NCBI GenBank assembly: GCA_002347605.1
Contig: DDXN01000001.1
Location: 9,701 to 73,700 of the forward strand
Length of the DNA stretch: 64,000 nt
Direction of reading: 5' to 3'
Source of the DNA: Candidatus Dojkabacteria bacterium UBA2259
Lineage (GTDB): Bacteria > Patescibacteriota > Dojkabacteria > SC72
The notes beneath the pieces are model-generated. The model saw only the letters and a program-made list of their open reading frames with translations. It was not told the origin of the DNA and ran no database searches. Both the position numbers and the translations under genes were made by a program. Positions 59,093 through 64,000 of the stretch are shown here, one piece after another (position 1 is the stretch's first letter; each line of letters starts with the position of its first letter).

Positions 59093-59902
59093 CTATTTCT
59101 TATCAATGCGTTCTAAAAGAACAACCTTGCCGTTTTCTTGCTTAATTAATAGTTCCTTTCTTCCCTCTTCCTTGAGTGCTTTAGATATATACTCTTGGAC
59201 ATTCTTAGGATTTTGAGTTTTCTTAACATAATCAATTCTGTTAATCTTTTTATCTTGCACGGATATTCTAACCTCTCCTAAATTCTCTTCTGTCATTATA
59301 GAAAAGAGTAAATCAGTTTCCTTCTCGTTTGGACTTATTACTAAGTTTGTATTGTAACTAAGTTCTGGTTTTTTAACACTTCTCGAGAATATATCATTTA
59401 ATCTTATTACGATATGAGGGGAGGGAAGGGGACTAATTAATTGGGAATTTATATATTCTGTATCCAAGCAAAGGTCTGCCTCTCCTTTGGGAGTAATGAC
59501 CAGAAGGACATTGTCTTTAATAAACATTCTTCCAATAAACAATTCAAAGTAGAGGGTGTCCTCCTTTCCATCTTCTCTTCTATGGAAAATACATTTTTTG
59601 ATATTGTTAATCTTATCAAGGGGGAACCCGATTTTTCTTAGATCTCCTACAACACCTATCCAGAGAATATCAATTAAACTGAATTTCCTCCAACCAGAGT
59701 TTCTTCCTTTCTGTTTTAGTAATATATTTTTCTCTTCCCAATGATTGATGATTCTGTAACTTTGAGATGTAGAGGACATAGACACTTTTCTTTTTCTAAT
59801 AATCTCTCTTACGGGAGAAAACTTTTCACCTTGATAATCCCCTAACCAGAAGTCAAACCAATCGCTGTGATGTATTGTAAAAGGTAAGATGTTTATTCCC
59901 AT
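59093..59902 (-). CDS. MerR-type HTH transcriptional regulator
   Basis: SYRIINHWEEKNIL...GWRKFSLIDILWI...LRKIGFPLDKI. Confidence 0.8.
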   Translation of the reverse strand: MGINILPFTIHHSDWFDFWLGDYQGEKFSPVREIIRKRKVSMSSTSQSYRIINHWEEKNILLKQKGRNSGWRKFSLIDILWIGVVGDLRKIGFPLDKINNIKKCIFHRREDGKEDTLYFELFIGRMFIKDNVLLVITPKGEADLCLDTEYINSQLISPLPSPHIVIRLNDIFSRSVKKPELSYNTNLVISPNEKETDLLFSIMTEENLGEVRISVQDKKINRIDYVKKTQNPKNVQEYISKALKEEGRKELLIKQENGKVVLLERIDKK

Positions 59903-59905
59903 ATA

Positions 59906-59936
59906 TAAATTATACGCCAGTGTATAATTTAGTCAA
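59906..59936 (-). promoter_or_regulatory. promoter of the MerR-type gene with overlapping palindromic operator
   Basis: Minus strand TTGACT, 16 bp, TATAAT; perfect inverted repeat TAAATTATAC-N6-GTATAATTTA at 59906-59931. Confidence 0.7.
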
Positions 59937-60004
59937 GGGGATTGTTTAATACCCATCTTTGGTTATTCAAGCGATGTGGGATATAATAAATAACAAAAAG
60001 ATAT

Positions 60005-62131
60005 ATGGACTCCACTTACAATAACAAAAAATTGACTTTATCAGAGATGCAGCAAATTGCAAAAGAAAGAGGAGGGGAGTGTCTGTCAGAAGAGTATGTA
60101 AATGTTATAACCCCATTAGAGTGGAAGTGTTCAGAAGGGCACAAATGGAAATCAACGCCACATAATATTAAAAGAGGAAGATGGTGTCCTGTTTGCGGTA
60201 GATACAAGAAAAGAAAGTATAAAACCAAATACTCTATTGTTGATATGAGGGAAATTGCAGAAGAAAGAGGAGGAAAGTGCTTATCTAAAGAATTTCTTAA
60301 TAGTAACACGCATTTAGTATGGGAGTGTAAGAGGGGTCATCGATGGAACGCCCGTCCAACACAAGTAATTAGTGGTTCATGGTGTCCCTTTTGTGTGTAT
60401 GAGGATAGGAAAAGAACCATAGAAGAAATGCAGCAAATTGCAAAAGAGAGAGGAGGGAAGTGCTTATCTACAGAGTATATAAACATTGATACAAAATTAC
60501 TTTGGGAGTGTTCGAAGGGTCATAAATGGGAAGCAATACCCTACAATATTGTTTCTGGGAGAAATTGGTGTCCTGTTTGTAGGAAAAAATATATTGCTAC
60601 TGATAATCCTTCGGGCTACACAATAAAAGACATGCAGAACATTGCTACTCAGAAAGGTGGAAAGTGTTTGTCAAAGAAATATCTGGGAAGTCATTATAAA
60701 TTGACATGGAGATGCAAAGTAGGTCACGAATGGGAATCTCGTCCAACAACTATACTTAGTGGTGGGTGGTGTCCTATATGTTCAATAGAGAAGAGGGCGA
60801 ATTCCTCAAGAAAGTATTCAATAAAAGATTTTAAAATAATTGCTGAAGAGAGGCATGGGGAATGTTTATCAACAGAGTTTACAAACAGTGATTTAAAATT
60901 AAGGTGGAGATGTAACAAAGGGCACGAATGGGAAGCAAGTGGGCGGGCAATTATTAACGGACAATGGTGTCCAATGTGTAGAACATATAGGAGAGAAGAG
61001 ATTTGCCGTAATATTATTGAGTATTATTTTGAAAAGCAATTCCCTAAGAAAAGACCTAAATGGCTAATCAATTCCAAAGGAAATATTATGGAATTGGATG
61101 GATACAACGAAGAGTTAGGGGTAGCATTTGAACACCAAGGACTTCAGCACTATGAGGAAACAGAATTTTTCAATAGGGAGAAAGATTTAGCAACTCAGAA
61201 AAAACTTGATAGGGAAAAACGGGAAAAATGCTTGGAGAAGGAGGTCTTTTTATTAGAAATCCCTTATTTAATACCTGTTGAAGAGTTGGAGAAATACATC
61301 TTGAATCTTTGTGACGAGAATTCTCTTGCAAGAAAAATAAAGAGGGAAATGACAAGGGATGAGATTTTAAATGTTTATAGTCCTAAGGAGACGGAAGAAC
61401 TAAGGGAGATAGCAAAGATGAGAGGTGGGAAACTGTTGTCTAAGGTTTATGTCACTGCCACGATACCCCTTGTCTGGAGGTGCAGCAAGGGGCACGAATG
61501 GAAGGCAAATCCCCACATGGTGAGAAGAGGAACCTGGTGCCCTATATGTGGCAATGATGTCCGTAGGGGCAACATAGAGGAGTGTATACAGTTAGCGAGG
61601 AAAATGGGTGGGGAATGTCTGTCTACAGAATATTTGAATAGTTACAAAAAGATGAAATGGAAGTGCAAAGAAGGTCATATTTGGTTTGCATCTTTTGGTC
61701 AATTGAAAAATGAAAACACATGGTGTTCAATATGCAGTAATAAAAAGAGGAGACTTGGCTTAGAGAGGATGAAAGAACTTGCGAGAGAACGGGGGGGAGA
61801 GTGTTTATCAACAGAATATTTTGGGATTGGGGAGAAATTAAAGTGGAGATGCAAATATGGTCACGAGTGGAATGTTGCACCAAAACATATTGTGGCAGAT
61901 GACTCATGGTGTCCTGTATGTGCCAGAGAGGGGAGGAAAAAAACAATAGAAGAGATGCAACAAATTGCAAAAGATAGGGGAGGAAAGTGTTTATCAAAAA
62001 AGTATGTAGGCGTAAATGCACATTTACTTTGGAAATGTAAACAAGGTCATAAGTGGAAAGCAACACCAAGCAATGTTTTGCGAGGAACGTGGTGTCCTGC
62101 ATGTGCTTTGACGCAACGGAAGAGGGGATAA
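60005..62131 (+). CDS. zinc-ribbon repeat protein (5+4 repeats) with central Vsr/EDxHD-like nuclease domain
   Basis: Nine A.xRGGxCLS..Y......L.WxCxxGHxW...WCPxC repeats; centre REEICR...ELDGY...AFEHQGLQHY...DREK...LLEIPY. Confidence 0.85.
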   Translation: MDSTYNNKKLTLSEMQQIAKERGGECLSEEYVNVITPLEWKCSEGHKWKSTPHNIKRGRWCPVCGRYKKRKYKTKYSIVDMREIAEERGGKCLSKEFLNSNTHLVWECKRGHRWNARPTQVISGSWCPFCVYEDRKRTIEEMQQIAKERGGKCLSTEYINIDTKLLWECSKGHKWEAIPYNIVSGRNWCPVCRKKYIATDNPSGYTIKDMQNIATQKGGKCLSKKYLGSHYKLTWRCKVGHEWESRPTTILSGGWCPICSIEKRANSSRKYSIKDFKIIAEERHGECLSTEFTNSDLKLRWRCNKGHEWEASGRAIINGQWCPMCRTYRREEICRNIIEYYFEKQFPKKRPKWLINSKGNIMELDGYNEELGVAFEHQGLQHYEETEFFNREKDLATQKKLDREKREKCLEKEVFLLEIPYLIPVEELEKYILNLCDENSLARKIKREMTRDEILNVYSPKETEELREIAKMRGGKLLSKVYVTATIPLVWRCSKGHEWKANPHMVRRGTWCPICGNDVRRGNIEECIQLARKMGGECLSTEYLNSYKKMKWKCKEGHIWFASFGQLKNENTWCSICSNKKRRLGLERMKELARERGGECLSTEYFGIGEKLKWRCKYGHEWNVAPKHIVADDSWCPVCAREGRKKTIEEMQQIAKDRGGKCLSKKYVGVNAHLLWKCKQGHKWKATPSNVLRGTWCPACALTQRKRG

Positions 62132-62216
62132 TTAAACCATCTTTATCCTAAAAGAAATATGTAACCGAGATTTTGAGAACTTTAATTTCTCAAGGTATCT
62201 TTATATAATCGTGGTA

Positions 62217-62924
62217 ATGCAAGGAAAGAAGTTTAAAGTTAAAAGCGAAAGCGGTGATATTCAAGAAATTCTGAGTTTTGTCCTTGTTATTTTTAATGAA
62301 GTTTTACCAATTGCTGGGGAAGAAGAGTGTATTGTATTTAATGATTCCAGTGCAGAATGTCCTATGCTTATTACTAACAAGAAATCCTTAGAAATCAGAT
62401 TAAACGTAGAGGAAGAATCTAAGTGGAACCAAGTTATCTATCAAATGTCTCACGAAATAATGCATTATGCTCTACGGCAGAAAAGAGAAAAGAAGGGTGA
62501 GATATTGAGTTGGTTTGAGGAAACTCTTTGTGAAGCATTTTCTTTATATACTATGTCGATTGCAATGACAAAGTGGAAGATTTGTAGTTTCTATAAATTG
62601 AATAAGAACTATTATAAGTATATTGGAAGTTACTTTAATAAAGAGTTGAATAAAAAGGGTGACAAAATATCAGAATGTGTTACCCTTGATTGTTTAAGAG
62701 AGATAGATAAAGAAGCAGAAACCCATCGAGAATGGAGATACGACATTAGAAATGCGGTTTTTGAATTGTTTAAGGTGTATCCGAAGGGTATTGCAGAGAT
62801 TCTTGACTATTCAGAATACGTTGAAGAAGATATGTTAACGATCAACTTTTATAAGTGGGAGCAAAATAGCAGGTTCCCTCAATTTATAAAAAAACTAGCA
62901 CTAATACAACCAGAGGTTTGTTAA
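62217..62924 (+). CDS. putative zinc metallopeptidase (HExxH...E)
   Basis: YQMSHEIMH followed by WFEETLCEAFSL; ATG at 62217 lies 7 nt after TATAAT. Confidence 0.75.
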   Translation: MQGKKFKVKSESGDIQEILSFVLVIFNEVLPIAGEEECIVFNDSSAECPMLITNKKSLEIRLNVEEESKWNQVIYQMSHEIMHYALRQKREKKGEILSWFEETLCEAFSLYTMSIAMTKWKICSFYKLNKNYYKYIGSYFNKELNKKGDKISECVTLDCLREIDKEAETHREWRYDIRNAVFELFKVYPKGIAEILDYSEYVEEDMLTINFYKWEQNSRFPQFIKKLALIQPEVC

Positions 62925-62935
62925 TAATTACATAT

Positions 62936-63382
62936 TCAATTTCTCTGTCCTGGTTTCTTTTTCTCTTGGTTCTTCAAATTTTCCCATTTCTTTTGTTCCT
63001 CCAGTTCCAAGACAGGATCTATATACTCTTTCCCTAATAATTTCTTAATTCTTCTGTGAATTTCATCTATCTGAGTCCATAATCTTTGAACCTCGTTTAC
63101 ATGTCTCTCATATTCTTCATTGTCCGATACGTCCATAAGTTCACGTTCATAAACATTTTGACTCAATGCCTTAATGTATTCCTTCCAATCGTTAATAATT
63201 TCTGGAATTTTTGAATTATCAAATTTGTATCTCTCATAAAGTCGAGTAAAATTTTTACTACCACAGTCAAAGAATACTCTTGGATCAGTAAGGTGCTGTT
63301 TGAGATGGGAATTGTTAATCTGATTTAAAAGTTCAAATTCCATCTCTCTCACAGCATCATATTCATTGGAATAGTTATTCAT
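62936..63382 (-). CDS. hypothetical helical protein
   Basis: 148-aa ORF with ATG start; no recognisable motif. Confidence 0.65.
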   Translation of the reverse strand: MNNYSNEYDAVREMEFELLNQINNSHLKQHLTDPRVFFDCGSKNFTRLYERYKFDNSKIPEIINDWKEYIKALSQNVYERELMDVSDNEEYERHVNEVQRLWTQIDEIHRRIKKLLGKEYIDPVLELEEQKKWENLKNQEKKKPGQRN

Positions 63383-63536
63383 ATTACTAAATACTAAGAT
63401 ATTATCTTAAGTAGCAGAATTATAAATAAACTTTAATAATTTGTCCAATAGGTCCGTATTGTAAGTTTTTATTCTCCCAATTATGAGAGTGTTAGAGATA
63501 TTATTGTTGTATATATTCAATACCAATGTAGTGTAT

Positions 63537-63770
63537 CTATTCATACAGATTATTCTTGTCATTTAGGATATAATTAAGGGCAGGGGGATTGTATTTAAAG
63601 AATTCTGCCCATTGAAGAATAAAGGTTCTTAATGGGTTCGAACTTTTAACTACGATGTCCACCACTTTGATATTTGGGATATTAAGCTCGTTAACTATGC
63701 TGTAAGTAAGATACAATTCATTGGTTCGACATCCTTTATTTTGGAAATATTGAAATCCCTCTGGAAACAT
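63537..63770 (-). CDS. hypothetical protein or gene fragment
   Basis: 77-aa ORF; upstream frames are broken by stops, possibly a decayed longer gene. Confidence 0.3.
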   Translation of the reverse strand: MFPEGFQYFQNKGCRTNELYLTYSIVNELNIPNIKVVDIVVKSSNPLRTFILQWAEFFKYNPPALNYILNDKNNLYE

Positions 63771-64000
63771 CTATTGTTGATTCAATGGTTCTCCACTCAA
63801 AATCTGGTCTGTTGCGTGGAGTTAGTATAATCCTCTATCTTGTTTTATGTAGTTTGTTTGCGATTGTTTTGCTAATATCTGAACTTAATTCTGTTATTAA
63901 AGCTGTCCTATTTATTCCATCATAGCTGTGGACATTTGTTGTTTATCTCCTTTAGATATTTGCTAAGATTAATACAATAATACCTAACACCATAAAAGGT

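Larger units (their letters stand above)
56823..64000. mobile_element. integrative element inserted at the tmRNA 3' end (right boundary outside the window)
   Basis: Large serine recombinase abuts and overlaps the ssrA 3' end, followed by non-core cargo; no second att copy seen within the island. Confidence 0.8.

Noticed and set aside
61623-62102. 159-aa ORF antisense to the zinc-ribbon repeat gene
   Set aside because: Shadow ORF with no independent signals
1-64000. Alternative genetic code (UGA or UAG recoding)
   Set aside because: Core genes translate full length in code 11 and end at TAA, TAG or TGA (rsmA and rnpA end in TGA, dnaA in TAG); internal stops occur only in decayed genes
1-64000. 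CRISPR array, rRNA genes or IS elements
   Set aside because: No repeat-spacer array, rRNA-like sequence or transposase seen; the tandem repeats found are intragenic and coding
63383-64000. Right att site of the island, or a named gene at the window end
   Set aside because: No copy of the tmRNA 3' end found; reading frames are short and interrupted, so no product can be supported

Overview
AT-rich, compact chromosomal segment that spans the replication origin. Gene content (DUF4012-type protein, FtsA-like/baseplate-J-like pair, pilus genes, short HrcA/MetRS/ValRS/Jag) points to a Patescibacteria/CPR bacterium, possibly Dojkabacteria (inference). It uses the standard genetic code. The core part holds hrcA-grpE-dnaK with a CIRCE operator, rplY, rpoB-rpoC-rpsL-rpsG, ftsK-rodZ-dnaG-rsmA, rpoD, pilN/pilO, metG, valS, rnj, rpmH-rnpA-yidD-yidC-jag, dnaA-oriC-dnaN, three tRNAs and tmRNA. 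The notable accessory features are: (i) an element integrated at the tmRNA 3' end, with a large serine recombinase whose C-terminus is read antisense through the tmRNA, a MerR-type regulator with a palindromic operator, a 708-aa protein with a Vsr/EDxHD-like nuclease domain between 5+4 zinc-ribbon repeats, and a HExxH metallopeptidase; (ii) a membrane-anchored repeat/DUF1566 (CLec-type) protein whose 3' end looks like a DGR variable region, with no RT or template repeat in the window; (iii) a long, Mollicutes-like tmRNA tag; (iv) many apparently leaderless genes; (v) RNA polymerase and S12 substitutions at rifampicin and streptomycin contact positions; (vi) gmd and NUDIX pseudogenes and a ClpP-like remnant. 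All calls come from reading motifs by eye; no database searches were run.
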